64,000 nucleotides of DNA, taken from the IMG/VR virus record IMGVR_UViG_3300028966_000062; one strand, given 5' to 3'. This document shows, piece by piece, positions 53,424 to 63,181 of the stretch. Source of the stretch: a virus. Numbering within the stretch: position 1 is the first letter of the stretch; every line of letters begins with the position of its first letter. Made by a program: the position numbers and the translations under genes. Under the pieces are notes generated by a model that was given only the letters and a program-made list of their open reading frames with translations, had not been told where the DNA came from and did no database searches.

Positions 53424-55625
53424 ATGGAATATGTGATTAAACGCGATGGAACGAAAGTCCCTTTTGATAAAAGTAAGATTGTGAATGCAGTCGAGAAGGC
53501 GATGACCTGTACACCGGGTGGTATCGACGTTCGTGTGTCGAATGCGATTGCTGACTATATCGCAGACATGCCGGGCATTCTTTCTGTTGAGCAGATTCAG
53601 GATATCGTAGTGGACAGTCTAGCAAATAGCCCGTTTATTGACGTTGCAAATGCATATAGTCAGTGGCGGCAGTATCGTCAGGAAATTCGAGATAAAGAGA
53701 AAACCAACGCAAGTATTCTTGAAATTCTTGATGCCCAGAACGACGCAATCAATCAGGAAAACAGTAATAAGAACGCAACCATCAATAGCACGCAACGTGA
53801 TTACATGGCCGGAGAGGTATCTAAGGAACTAACTGACAGACTTCTACTTCCAAAGGATATCCGAGATGCACACAAAAGTGGTTTAATTCATGTGCATGAT
53901 AAAGATTATTTTGTGATGCACTGCCATAATTGCGATCTGGTCAATCTTGAAGATATGCTCCAGAACGGCACCGTCATCTCCGGCACCTATATTGAAAAAC
54001 CTCACAGCTTTTCCACCGCCTGCAACATTGCCACCCAGATCATTGCACAGGTAGCTTCGATGCAATTTGGAGGTCAGAGTATTACACTTTCACATCTGGC
54101 TCCATTCGTAGATGTTTCCCGCAAGAAGATCACAAGTGAAGTACACCAAGAATTTTACGAGATGGTTCAGAATAATGAAATCGATAAGATGCCGGAGTCT
54201 GAAACTATCAATCGAATTGTAGAAGAGCGTTTACATAAAGAAATTGCTCGTGGCGTGCAGACCATCCAGTATCAGGTCGTCACTTTGATGACGACAAACG
54301 GTCAGGCCCCTTTTATCACTGTGTTTATGTACCTCGATGAAGTTCCAGAAGGTCAGACTCGTGATGATTTGGCTCTAATTGTTGAAGAAGTGTTAAAACA
54401 GCGCATTCAGGGTGTAAAGAATGAAGTTGGTGTATGGGTCACTCCGGCCTTCCCAAAGCTCATTTATGCTCTTGATGAGGATAACATTCATTCTGATTCT
54501 AAGTATTATTACCTGACTGAGCTGGCAGCTAAGTGTACTGCCAAGCGAATGGTTCCTGATTATATTTCCGCAAAGGTTATGAAGGAGCTTAAAGGCGGTG
54601 TGTGGCCTAGCATGGGCTGTAGATCCTTCCTTACTCCTGACCGCACCACTGAGAACGTAGCTAATGCCAAGAATTGGGTTAAGGGGCATAAGTATTATGG
54701 CCGCTTCAATCAGGGCGTCGTGACCATCAATCTGGTGGACGTGGCTTGCAGTTCAGAAGGGGACAAGGATAAATTCTGGAAAATCTTCGATGAACGACTC
54801 GAATTGTGTCATCGAGCTCTACAGATTCGTCACAAGCGTCTACTCGGCACTCCTTCTGATATGGCCCCTATCCTGTGGCAGTACGGTGCATTAGCTCGTC
54901 TAAAGAAGGGCGAGAAGATCGACAAGTTGCTCTTCGGCGGCTACTCCACCATCAGCCTGGGTTATGCCGGTCTGTATGAGTGTGTGAAGTATATGACCGG
55001 CAAGAGCCACACCGATCCTGATGCTAAACCTTTTGCTCTCGAAATTATGCGGCACATGAATGATAAGTGTAACGAGTGGAAGGCCGCTGAAAACATCGAT
55101 TACTCTCTGTATGGTACTCCTTTGGAGTCCACTACATATGAATTTGCACGTTGCTTGCAGAAGCGGTTTGGTATGATTCCAGATATTACTGACCATGACT
55201 ACGTAACAAATTCTTATCATGTCGTTGTCCGTGAACATATCGATGCTTTCACTAAGCTAAAGTTTGAGAGCGAGTTCCAGAAGCTTTCTCCAGGAGGGGC
55301 GATTAGCTATATCGAGGTGCCAAATCTGCAGCAGAACATTCCTGCGGTGCTTAGTGTTATGCAGTTCATTTACGACAACATCATGTATGCGGAGCTGAAC
55401 ACCAAGTCCGACTACTGCCAGTGCTGCGGCTACGACGGCGAAATTAAAATTGTAGAAGATGAGAAAAACCACAAGCTTGTATGGGAGTGCCCGAATTGTG
55501 GTAATCGTGACCAGAACAAAATGAATGTCGTAAGACGTACTTGTGGTTACCTGGGAACCAATTTTTGGAATCAGGGGCGCACTCAGGAAATTCGAGATCG
55601 AGTGGTTCATTTGAGCGACAATTAA
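53424..55625 (+). CDS. nrdD: anaerobic ribonucleoside-triphosphate reductase NrdD (class III)
   Basis: N-terminal ATP-cone VIKRDGTKVPFD, C-terminal Zn ribbon CQCCG...CPNCG and glycyl-radical motif RRTCGYLG. Confidence 0.9.
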   Translation: MEYVIKRDGTKVPFDKSKIVNAVEKAMTCTPGGIDVRVSNAIADYIADMPGILSVEQIQDIVVDSLANSPFIDVANAYSQWRQYRQEIRDKEKTNASILEILDAQNDAINQENSNKNATINSTQRDYMAGEVSKELTDRLLLPKDIRDAHKSGLIHVHDKDYFVMHCHNCDLVNLEDMLQNGTVISGTYIEKPHSFSTACNIATQIIAQVASMQFGGQSITLSHLAPFVDVSRKKITSEVHQEFYEMVQNNEIDKMPESETINRIVEERLHKEIARGVQTIQYQVVTLMTTNGQAPFITVFMYLDEVPEGQTRDDLALIVEEVLKQRIQGVKNEVGVWVTPAFPKLIYALDEDNIHSDSKYYYLTELAAKCTAKRMVPDYISAKVMKELKGGVWPSMGCRSFLTPDRTTENVANAKNWVKGHKYYGRFNQGVVTINLVDVACSSEGDKDKFWKIFDERLELCHRALQIRHKRLLGTPSDMAPILWQYGALARLKKGEKIDKLLFGGYSTISLGYAGLYECVKYMTGKSHTDPDAKPFALEIMRHMNDKCNEWKAAENIDYSLYGTPLESTTYEFARCLQKRFGMIPDITDHDYVTNSYHVVVREHIDAFTKLKFESEFQKLSPGGAISYIEVPNLQQNIPAVLSVMQFIYDNIMYAELNTKSDYCQCCGYDGEIKIVEDEKNHKLVWECPNCGNRDQNKMNVVRRTCGYLGTNFWNQGRTQEIRDRVVHLSDN

Positions 55626-55697
55626 ATAATGTATAAGCGGTGGGTTGGTGGGGTTACATAAAATGAAAATTTTAGCGTAAATGTGTTAATAAAATAT

Positions 55698-55709
55698 AAC
55701 GTGTTATCG
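55698..55709 (+). repeat. 12-mer AACGTGTTATCG, copy 1 of 2 (other at 58006-58017)
   Basis: exact 12-nt repeat in two intergenic regions upstream of membrane-protein genes. Confidence 0.4.
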
Positions 55710-55729
55710 TTAGAAATAGAGGTGATAAA

Positions 55730-55948
55730 TTGAACGCATGGAAAAATTTCTTTAAGGCACTTGGTTTTTTTCTGGGAATCGTTCTGATTCTGGCAGCTAC
55801 ATATTTTACCTCGTGGATTATCACGATTGGTATTATTTGGCTGATTTTTAAGCTGCTGAATATCACTTTTACCGTTAAAGTGGCGACAGGCATCTGGCTG
55901 GCTCTAGTTTTTCTGGAACGATTCATTAAGGGTAGCCGAGGTAAGTAA
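55730..55948 (+). CDS. small membrane protein (72 aa), TTG start
   Basis: two TM-like segments; GAGGTGATAAA SD. Confidence 0.45.
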   Translation: MNAWKNFFKALGFFLGIVLILAATYFTSWIITIGIIWLIFKLLNITFTVKVATGIWLALVFLERFIKGSRGK

Positions 55949-55983
55949 ATAAACAAGCAGGGTGGGTGTGGTGGCATGAAAAC

Positions 55984-56115
55984 ATGGATGTGGAACGTAT
56001 ACGTCAGTTGATTCTCGAAATTATTCGAGTCATACAACAAGCGAACAATATTAGTCAAAATGAAATGGAAGATATTATTTCTGATGTTGAGTTTGATTTT
56101 TATAACGGTCGATAA
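55984..56115 (+). CDS. small hypothetical protein (43 aa)
   Basis: ATG 55984; below track cutoff. Confidence 0.25.
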   Translation: MDVERIRQLILEIIRVIQQANNISQNEMEDIISDVEFDFYNGR

Positions 56116-56128
56116 AGAAAGGAGTCTT

Positions 56129-56305
56129 ATGGATTATTGGTCTGTTGAAGTAATGTACTACGATGATGGGAATCAGGCATTCAATACATATATGGTAAAG
56201 GCGCAGGATCAGAATGATGCTATAAACAAGGCGCATTATCGCTTTGAAAAGGCTCATCCTAACATGAGCTGTATGATTCAGAGCATTGAAAAGGCAGGTG
56301 GCTGA
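56129..56305 (+). CDS. small hypothetical protein (58 aa)
   Basis: ATG 56129 after AAAGGAG; track ORF 56060 N-terminus spurious. Confidence 0.4.
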   Translation: MDYWSVEVMYYDDGNQAFNTYMVKAQDQNDAINKAHYRFEKAHPNMSCMIQSIEKAGG

Positions 56306-56306
56306 G

Positions 56307-56648
56307 ATGGACTTCAAATGTAAGTGTGGCAGTGAATCCTTCTTTATCCAGAGTAAAGGTAGCCAGATTGGTCTGTATTGCTCTGCTTGTGGTAAGTGGC
56401 AGAAATGGCTCACCAAGAATGAAGTGAAACAGTTTGAGTACGAGACGAATATGTTGGATTCGAAAGAAAACAATCCTGATGATGATTTTTATAAAAAATT
56501 CGCCTTAACTCCATGGGGCTGCCTACACTGTGCTTTTAGAGATTTTGGACTAGATCTTCCTGAAATTCCTGGTAAGATGGCTGATGCCATTATGGAAGAT
56601 TTCTTCGAGACTATGGAAAGGGCTGATATTATTGAGAAGAAGGAGTAA
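56307..56648 (+). CDS. zinc-ribbon protein (113 aa)
   Basis: CKCGSES...CSACGKW. Confidence 0.45.
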   Translation: MDFKCKCGSESFFIQSKGSQIGLYCSACGKWQKWLTKNEVKQFEYETNMLDSKENNPDDDFYKKFALTPWGCLHCAFRDFGLDLPEIPGKMADAIMEDFFETMERADIIEKKE

Positions 56649-56650
56649 AG

Positions 56651-56803
56651 ATGATTAAGTTCTTGAAACGTCTACTCCGTTGGTTCCTTCCAGAATGCAG
56701 TAGATGTGGTGGAATAATGCTTTATGATGATAACCACAGCTTGCACGATAAATGGCACTTTGTCTGTGATACCTGCGGTCGTGAAAAGTGGGGTAATTTA
56801 TGA
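56651..56803 (+). CDS. small zinc-ribbon protein (50 aa)
   Basis: CSRCGG...CDTCGRE; SD AAGGAG. Confidence 0.4.
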   Translation: MIKFLKRLLRWFLPECSRCGGIMLYDDNHSLHDKWHFVCDTCGREKWGNL

Positions 56804-57051
56804 GTGTTGAGTCAAAATGTTACTTTAATATTGAGCATCTATTTAACCCATCATACAAGGAAATGCTCATTATCGAAACCGACAATTGGGCGTCTTGCGA
56901 GATTGTAAATGAAAACACTTATTATGAAGTGGAGAGTACAATAAGATATAATCGATGCAATAATAATCCATATGAAATAAAATATATTGAAGGAAAAAAG
57001 ATAAATGGAATTCCGTTGAAAAATCTTTGGATGGAAGTTCATTCACGATAA
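56800..57051 (+). CDS. hypothetical protein (83 aa)
   Basis: ATGA overlap. Confidence 0.45.
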   Translation: MSVESKCYFNIEHLFNPSYKEMLIIETDNWASCEIVNENTYYEVESTIRYNRCNNNPYEIKYIEGKKINGIPLKNLWMEVHSR

Positions 57052-57076
57052 AAGTGCCGTTCTAGGAGGCGACTGT

Positions 57077-57331
57077 ATGGAAAAGAAATATGTGAAAATC
57101 TTTAAATGCCGTGGATGTGGTTGCGATGTCATTAAACATGATGTAGATCTATCTGTTACTGAACAATGGAGTCTTTCTGGAATATTTGAAGACAAATATA
57201 AAGTGGCAGAAGTATCTGGTGGATCTAGGCTTTCTGGACAAAATAAATTCTTGCTCCACAGATGTGATCCAGAAAAGCTTTGTGTTTGTGATTTTATTGG
57301 ATGGAAAGAAATCGAGGCTGAACATGATTAA
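57077..57331 (+). CDS. hypothetical Cys-rich protein (84 aa)
   Basis: CRGCGCD; SD TAGGAGG. Confidence 0.45.
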   Translation: MEKKYVKIFKCRGCGCDVIKHDVDLSVTEQWSLSGIFEDKYKVAEVSGGSRLSGQNKFLLHRCDPEKLCVCDFIGWKEIEAEHD

Positions 57332-57491
57332 CAATCCTTTTGCAGAGGAAGGCATTATCGCTTGCCAGTATTGTGGCAGCGGCGAGTATCTTTGTAATGA
57401 AGATGGGAATCGAAATAGTTATTGCGGTCAGTGTGGCACTCGAATTGACTGGCCGGAACTAAGTTGGATGACTGGAATGTCCCGACGATAA
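57324..57491 (+). CDS. small zinc-ribbon protein (55 aa)
   Basis: CQYCGSG...CGQCGTR. Confidence 0.4.
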   Translation: MINNPFAEEGIIACQYCGSGEYLCNEDGNRNSYCGQCGTRIDWPELSWMTGMSRR

Positions 57492-57661
57492 ATCTTCCGA
57501 AGCCTTATAGCACTGTCATAGCAAAATACGGAGAACGAGAAACTAGAGTGTGGTATTCAAAGCAAGGAAATTGGACGCCGGACGGTGTGCTTGATTATTT
57601 AAAAGTGCCTGATGCATGGCGGTATTTAAAGGAGAATGAACGTGAAGAAAGTGACCATTAA
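57464..57661 (+). CDS. hypothetical protein (65 aa)
   Basis: ORF. Confidence 0.4.
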   Translation: MDDWNVPTINLPKPYSTVIAKYGERETRVWYSKQGNWTPDGVLDYLKVPDAWRYLKENEREESDH

Positions 57662-57965
57662 ACTTTTAGTTGATGAGATCGATAAAGAAAATATTAAGTC
57701 CATTGAAGATGATGTTCGTATGGAACTTTCCAATTGTTATCATAGCATCGAGATTTCATCCTATAAGGAAGTTGATTATGATCCACGGTGGATTCGAGTA
57801 AAAGATAGAGAACCAGTGGTAAATAATAAACTTTGTTCTGATAATGTCTACATCAGATACGGTAATGATGGACCATCAGAAATTGGTTTTATGGGCTGGA
57901 ACACTCAATGGTACGATTTAAATTGCGATGTTATCGACAAGCCTGATTATTGGCGATGCATGTGA
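57642..57965 (+). CDS. hypothetical protein (~107 aa)
   Basis: GTG 57642 7 nt after AAGGAG. Confidence 0.4.
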   Translation: MKKVTIKLLVDEIDKENIKSIEDDVRMELSNCYHSIEISSYKEVDYDPRWIRVKDREPVVNNKLCSDNVYIRYGNDGPSEIGFMGWNTQWYDLNCDVIDKPDYWRCM

Positions 57966-58005
57966 CAGGGGATGAAAACAATCCTGATTTTAGTTAAATT
58001 TAATC

Positions 58006-58017
58006 AACGTGTTATCG
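58006..58017 (+). repeat. 12-mer AACGTGTTATCG, copy 2 of 2
   Basis: see copy at 55698. Confidence 0.4.
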
Positions 58018-58072
58018 CAATAAGTTTTTGGCGATTTTTAATAGAATCCCGCTTTTATTAGAAAGGAAAAGT

Positions 58073-58381
58073 ATGTTTAAGACTTTCAAAAATACTGCCG
58101 TATGTGTACTTCTAGCAGCGATTATACTGACTGGATGCAGTACAAGTGTGAAAGACTCAGTAGGGAATGTAGCTGTAGAGAATGGTTGGTTCTATCGTAT
58201 CGGTGACACTCCTATGGTGTACGACAAGGATACACACATCATGTATTATTTGTTCGGAAAAGGTGCAGGCTACACAGGCTACGGCTATATGTCTCCTTAT
58301 TATAATAAGCACGGTCAGATGTGCTACTACGTTGATGGTCAGATTATTCCTATCGAGGAGGTGCTAATCGATGCTGATTGA
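58073..58381 (+). CDS. putative lipoprotein (lipobox LTGC)
   Basis: MFKTFKNTAVCVLLAAIILTGCSTS signal peptide II-like; ATG 58073 after GAAAGGAAAAG. Confidence 0.5.
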   Translation: MFKTFKNTAVCVLLAAIILTGCSTSVKDSVGNVAVENGWFYRIGDTPMVYDKDTHIMYYLFGKGAGYTGYGYMSPYYNKHGQMCYYVDGQIIPIEEVLIDAD

Positions 58382-58577
58382 GATTGTTTGGCTACTTGTT
58401 AAATCGTATATCATTTTGATTCTTACAGCCGCAGTTATCCGCTCTGAAGAAATTCTATACGATTTCTTACGTAATACTGTAATGTACGACATCAAACTTA
58501 AATATGTAAAGTGGACTGTCGTTGCACTGAATATTCTTATTATCGTATGTGCGAGTCTATGGACGAGGTTTATTTAA
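58371..58577 (+). CDS. small membrane protein (68 aa)
   Basis: two hydrophobic segments; ATGA-type overlap. Confidence 0.45.
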   Translation: MLIEIVWLLVKSYIILILTAAVIRSEEILYDFLRNTVMYDIKLKYVKWTVVALNILIIVCASLWTRFI

Positions 58578-58594
58578 GATGAATTACATGAAAA

Positions 58595-59608
58595 TTGAAA
58601 GGATGTGATTTTATAGACTCAAAAGATGTGTTAAAAACCGAATCTGAGCCAGTAGGTTATATTTATATTACAGAAAATTTAGTTGATGGAAGAAAATACA
58701 TAGGCCAACATCATTCAAAAGAATTCGATCCATATTATAAAGGATCTGGAAAAATATTAAAACAGGCATTTGATAAATATGGATTTAGTAACTTTAAAAC
58801 GACGATTTTGGAATGGTGCTACTCGGATGAGGAACTAAACGAAAAAGAACGTTATTGGATAAAAGAAAACAATGCAGTAGAAGATAGATTATTTTACAAT
58901 ATTTTGCCGGGTGGTCTTGGTGTTCAGATGTTTGGGCCAGACAATCATATGTATGGAAAGCACCATACAGAAGAAGCAAAAGAAAAAATGTCAGATGCTT
59001 TGAAGGGGAAAATGGCAGGAGAGAATAATCCAATGTATGGAGTCCATCTTACATACACTCAAGAACAAAAAGATAAAATGAGCGAACGAAACAAACGAAT
59101 GGGGAGATGGGTAGGAGAAGATAATCCTTGGTATGGAAAACCATCACCATTTAAAGGGAAAAAACGTAGTGAAGAGTGGTGTAAGAAATCTTCTGAAGCT
59201 CACAAAGGAATTCACCCTAATATTTCAGAAGAAACAAGAGCTCGTTTAAGTAAAATGCGAAGCGAATGGATGTCTGGAGAGAAAAACCATTGGTATGGGA
59301 AAAGAGGGGCAGAACTTCCATGGTATGGGAGAAAAAAGACACCGGAAGAGATAGAAAAGCTAAGACAAGCAAGTTTAGGAAAGAGAAAAGGAAAAGATAA
59401 CCCCGCATCTAAGCCTATCTATTCAATGGACGGAAGGTATTTGTTTTGGACAATACAAGAGGTGGCTGACTTTTTAGGAAAGACATACGGGCAAGCAAGA
59501 CATGCAATCGACCATGAAAAACAAGTTGACTGTAACGGAGAACAAATAATTTTCACAAGAGACAAATCTAAAGTAAAGGAGAAGAATTTTCAGGATGAAC
59601 TACGCTAA
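58595..59608 (+). CDS. GIY-YIG homing endonuclease with four NUMOD3-like repeats
   Basis: GYIYITENLVDGRKYIGQH (GIY...YIG); repeated N(H/N)xYGK...KxKMS modules; start codon uncertain. Confidence 0.8.
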   Translation: MKGCDFIDSKDVLKTESEPVGYIYITENLVDGRKYIGQHHSKEFDPYYKGSGKILKQAFDKYGFSNFKTTILEWCYSDEELNEKERYWIKENNAVEDRLFYNILPGGLGVQMFGPDNHMYGKHHTEEAKEKMSDALKGKMAGENNPMYGVHLTYTQEQKDKMSERNKRMGRWVGEDNPWYGKPSPFKGKKRSEEWCKKSSEAHKGIHPNISEETRARLSKMRSEWMSGEKNHWYGKRGAELPWYGRKKTPEEIEKLRQASLGKRKGKDNPASKPIYSMDGRYLFWTIQEVADFLGKTYGQARHAIDHEKQVDCNGEQIIFTRDKSKVKEKNFQDELR

Positions 59609-60122
59609 AATCGTTCCATGTGATATAGCAAATGGGCCGTCGGTGCGCGTCACACTTTTCGTGCAGGGTTGTGATCATCATTGTCCCGGCTGTCAGAATC
59701 CTACTACATGGGACCCGAATGGTGGTCAGCCATTCACAGATGAAACGCTTGATAAAATTGTAGATTTACTTCGACCTGATTACATTCAGGGGCTTACGCT
59801 CACTGGTGGAGATCCACTCTTGCCGGAGAATAGAGAAATTGTTGAGAAAATCGTCCATCGTGTGTGGACTGAATTTCTAAGCAAAAAAGACGTCTGGCTC
59901 TGGACTGGATATAAGTGGGAAGAATTGTGGAATCAGGATGGGCTCGTGGCTGACATTCTTGCTGACATCAACGTCCTTGTAGATGGTCCTTTTATTGAAG
60001 CAGAAAAAGATATTTCGCTTCCATACATGGGAAGCAAGAACCAACGAGTAATTGATATTAAATGGAGTCTTGGGTATAAAGAGCCAACCCTTTGGTGGAC
60101 TCCAGAAGAGAAAGGAAAATAA
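59595..60122 (+). CDS. nrdG: anaerobic ribonucleotide reductase activating protein NrdG (radical SAM)
   Basis: CDHHCPGCQN (CxxxCxxC) near N-terminus; adjacent to nrdD. Confidence 0.8.
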   Translation: MNYAKIVPCDIANGPSVRVTLFVQGCDHHCPGCQNPTTWDPNGGQPFTDETLDKIVDLLRPDYIQGLTLTGGDPLLPENREIVEKIVHRVWTEFLSKKDVWLWTGYKWEELWNQDGLVADILADINVLVDGPFIEAEKDISLPYMGSKNQRVIDIKWSLGYKEPTLWWTPEEKGK

Positions 60123-60123
60123 T

Positions 60124-60657
60124 ATGAATTTAGGAAATACAACTACTCACCTTGGCTATGGCATGAGTCGGATGCCGTATCGCCCCAACATTAAGATCAA
60201 TAAACTGCATGATGATGCTCATCTGCCAACTTACGGTTCTGCAAACGCTGCTTGTGCAGACCTGTATGCTTATATTGGTTTTGATGACGCAACGATTGTA
60301 AACAAGAATGGCGACCGTTGTGTTGTGATTCAGCCGGACGAAACCGTTAAGGTATCCACTGGGCTGCGGATGGCTCCGCCGGAAGGATGGTACGTCGCTA
60401 TTTATGCTCGCAGCGGTTTGGCAACCAAGCAGGGTTTGGCTCCTGCGAATAAAACAGGGATTTGTGATCAGGATTACCGTGGGGAATACATCGTAGCACT
60501 ACATAATCATTCTAATGGCCCTCAAATGATTACTCACGGTGACCGCATTGCTCAGATGGCGGTTGTTCCGTTCTGGCAGGCTGATTTTGAAGAAGTTTCC
60601 GAATTGGACGAAACTGAGCGTGGCGGCGGTGGCTTTGGATCTACTGGGGTGAAGTAA
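60124..60657 (+). CDS. dut: dUTP diphosphatase
   Basis: AACADLYA, YARSGLATK, GICDQDYRGEY, GGFGSTG motifs; ATG 60124 after GAAAGGAAAATAAT. Confidence 0.85.
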   Translation: MNLGNTTTHLGYGMSRMPYRPNIKINKLHDDAHLPTYGSANAACADLYAYIGFDDATIVNKNGDRCVVIQPDETVKVSTGLRMAPPEGWYVAIYARSGLATKQGLAPANKTGICDQDYRGEYIVALHNHSNGPQMITHGDRIAQMAVVPFWQADFEEVSELDETERGGGGFGSTGVK

Positions 60658-60669
60658 TGGAGAGTGTAT

Positions 60670-60894
60670 ATGAAATATTACATTATTGAAACTCATTACG
60701 AGAAAGAAGCTCCATTTGGAATTGCATGGCAAGTAAAGCTGTTTGACAAGCACACGCTTCTGGAAGAGTACGACCACATCTTCTATAACGAGATTGCTGG
60801 CTACTGCAAGTGTCTTGAGGATATGGGGTTTGTTGAAAATGTTGAAGTGAAAGTTGATATTAAAAGCGAATTGAAGAAATTGCAGGAGTTCTAG
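60670..60894 (+). CDS. hypothetical protein; only gene in window ending at TAG, with 33-codon open in-frame extension to TAA at 60991
   Basis: ATG 60670 after GGAGAG; stop TAG 60892-94. Confidence 0.45.
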   Translation: MKYYIIETHYEKEAPFGIAWQVKLFDKHTLLEEYDHIFYNEIAGYCKCLEDMGFVENVEVKVDIKSELKKLQEF

Positions 60895-61018
60895 AAGAGT
60901 ATCGGTGAAATTATCGCATCGGCTGCAACGCTGGAGAATCCTGCAAAAAGTGTAGAAACACCTTCGATTAGAACAAAATATTCATTCTGGTAAAAGGTAA
61001 ATTTTTTAGGAGAATTCG

Positions 61019-61255
61019 ATGTGGATAAAAACTGAAGACGAACCAATCCCTACTTATGGACAGAACAACAAAACATTTCGGCTACTACTTCAATTTCATG
61101 AATATTATGGGTATGAACCATACGGGAATGATAATACTTGTGTCATGGCAATTTGGGATAGTACAAATGAATGCTTCTTTGAAAAAGAAACTAGATTGCG
61201 AATCCGAAATGAAGATATTTATATGTGGTGGAAAAATGAGCAAGCATTGGTATGA
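61019..61255 (+). CDS. hypothetical protein (78 aa)
   Basis: SD TAGGAG. Confidence 0.45.
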   Translation: MWIKTEDEPIPTYGQNNKTFRLLLQFHEYYGYEPYGNDNTCVMAIWDSTNECFFEKETRLRIRNEDIYMWWKNEQALV

Positions 61256-61559
61256 CGAGTGGGAAATCACTGGTATCACATTCGATACATCTGATAATCC
61301 AAATAAGAAATTTTTCAAGCCGGTTTATGTTATGCCGGATGGAGACATCGTGGCTTGCGATGGAACTCACGATTTTAATTATGATCCTAACAAAGAAATT
61401 CAAATTGTCCCAAAAGAATCTATTCCATTTTATGGTAAGCCGACAGAACCTGCCGTTTATCGTGATGATTATGGCAACTGTGTGGATGTTGACGGTAGTC
61501 CTCTCGGTATGAAATGGGACGACTTTATGGAGAAACGGTTACGAATGGTAAATAAATAA
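61237..61559 (+). CDS. hypothetical protein (107 aa)
   Basis: ATG 61237 after GGTGGAAAA; track ORF 61056 N-terminus spurious. Confidence 0.4.
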
Positions 61560-61623
61560 CGTATCATCGCTATAAAAATTAGCGAAAAATACGGTAAAAC
61601 TAGACTTTTATGAGGTAGATTGA

Positions 61624-62085
61624 ATGGACAATAGATTTTCAATCGAAAAGAATCACTGGGAAATACAAAATCCAGAATGGGAAAGCTATTCTCATTTCAT
61701 CTGCACTAAAGACCATTATTGGACTGGTGTACACGGTATCAGCAACTATTTTCTTCAATATAAGAATTTTGGCAGAAGTAAACCAGTCGAACGATTTTCT
61801 GTAGAATGGCCGAACTTCGTAGAGCACATGTGGTTTATCCATTGGCGTGGCCCATGGGATTATATTTTTGCTTCATATAAATTATCCGAAATCAAACGAT
61901 TTTTAGAACTTGATATTGATGCTATTAAAAAGAACCATTGGCCGGATGGCCGCTGCACTTGCTACAGTATTTATGACTACGTGACGAAAAAATGGTACTA
62001 TTTTAAAATCGAAAATTTGGGAACATTTTATGGATGCACGTGGCCGTTGGGTGATGATACGGGGGAGGTGATTAGTTGTGACTAA
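61624..62085 (+). CDS. hypothetical protein (153 aa)
   Basis: SD GAGGTAGATTG. Confidence 0.5.
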   Translation: MDNRFSIEKNHWEIQNPEWESYSHFICTKDHYWTGVHGISNYFLQYKNFGRSKPVERFSVEWPNFVEHMWFIHWRGPWDYIFASYKLSEIKRFLELDIDAIKKNHWPDGRCTCYSIYDYVTKKWYYFKIENLGTFYGCTWPLGDDTGEVISCD

Positions 62086-62569
62086 ACAAATAGGCTATTA
62101 TAGATCCGACTGGTACATTATGGGCATCGACGGAAAATATAACAACGCCTGTATCTCACATACAGAATCGCAGCTTCGATATACAGTTCCAAGGTCGCCA
62201 GAATGGACTATCAATGGATTGAGTTTTACTTACCTTAGAGAACATGGATTTGAAGATTATCCTGAACTCTATGGTATTGTATTCTATGATATGGAATGGT
62301 GGCGAAGAAAACGCTATCCGGGTGACTTTTATGTAGAGATACCAATTTGTGATTTGTGTGCAGATGCATTTCATTTAAAATGGTGTTGCAAGGAATTTCG
62401 TGTACATCAATGGTCTAACTTGCGTAAAGAAACAAAATGGGTGAAAGGCAGAAGCAGTTACACTATTTGTGAACTTGCACATAAGTTGCCACACGAAGAA
62501 TTTATAGAATATCTTAAAGACAACGGCATCTATATTGTAAACGAAGGTGGTGTTGAACTTGGATGGTAA
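62078..62569 (+). CDS. hypothetical protein (163 aa)
   Basis: GTG start overlap. Confidence 0.45.
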   Translation: MTKQIGYYRSDWYIMGIDGKYNNACISHTESQLRYTVPRSPEWTINGLSFTYLREHGFEDYPELYGIVFYDMEWWRRKRYPGDFYVEIPICDLCADAFHLKWCCKEFRVHQWSNLRKETKWVKGRSSYTICELAHKLPHEEFIEYLKDNGIYIVNEGGVELGW

Positions 62570-62762
62570 AGAATTAGGGTTTTATAAAGACCAAACAGAA
62601 TATTATAAAAGATCAATCGAAGATCTACTGCACCATTATACTGATAGCTGTGGCATGTGTACGGTTAATTTAGATTGCAGTGAATGCGTTGTTGATGGTT
62701 TTATCAATCAGCTACGAAATATTCTGTATAGTAGTAGTGAGTATAAAGGAGAAAACATATGA
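62547..62762 (+). CDS. hypothetical Cys-rich protein (71 aa)
   Basis: CGMC...CSEC. Confidence 0.35.
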   Translation: MVLNLDGKELGFYKDQTEYYKRSIEDLLHHYTDSCGMCTVNLDCSECVVDGFINQLRNILYSSSEYKGENI

Positions 62763-63169
62763 AGCTGCTTTTACAGTCTAATGGAGGATTTTCTGGATTC
62801 TATAGTAGATTTATTTTGATTGATACAGACCTACACAAAATGGTAAAAACGGATAGCCTCATGAAAGATGGTCTAACTGGAATAAAATATATTTGGGACT
62901 ATATCGATAATGAGAAGATTCCAGATATTGATGATTTTGGTAAATCTCTTTGTCAGGATTTCAATTATGATATTTCATTACTTGAATGTTTTTTACCGAC
63001 CGCCAAAGTTGTCACTAATGAGTCCATCATAATGAACGACATCAATTATGATGTTTATCTATCATCTGAAAACGTTCCGTACAGAAAGTTCAGATTGAAT
63101 TCTTCATCATATCTTGAAAATGACGCTCTCAGCGCAAAGCTTAGGAAACTATTTCAGACATTCTTATAA
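62759..63169 (+). CDS. hypothetical protein (136 aa)
   Basis: ATGA overlap. Confidence 0.45.
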   Translation: MKLLLQSNGGFSGFYSRFILIDTDLHKMVKTDSLMKDGLTGIKYIWDYIDNEKIPDIDDFGKSLCQDFNYDISLLECFLPTAKVVTNESIIMNDINYDVYLSSENVPYRKFRLNSSSYLENDALSAKLRKLFQTFL

Positions 63170-63181
63170 AGGAGACTCACA

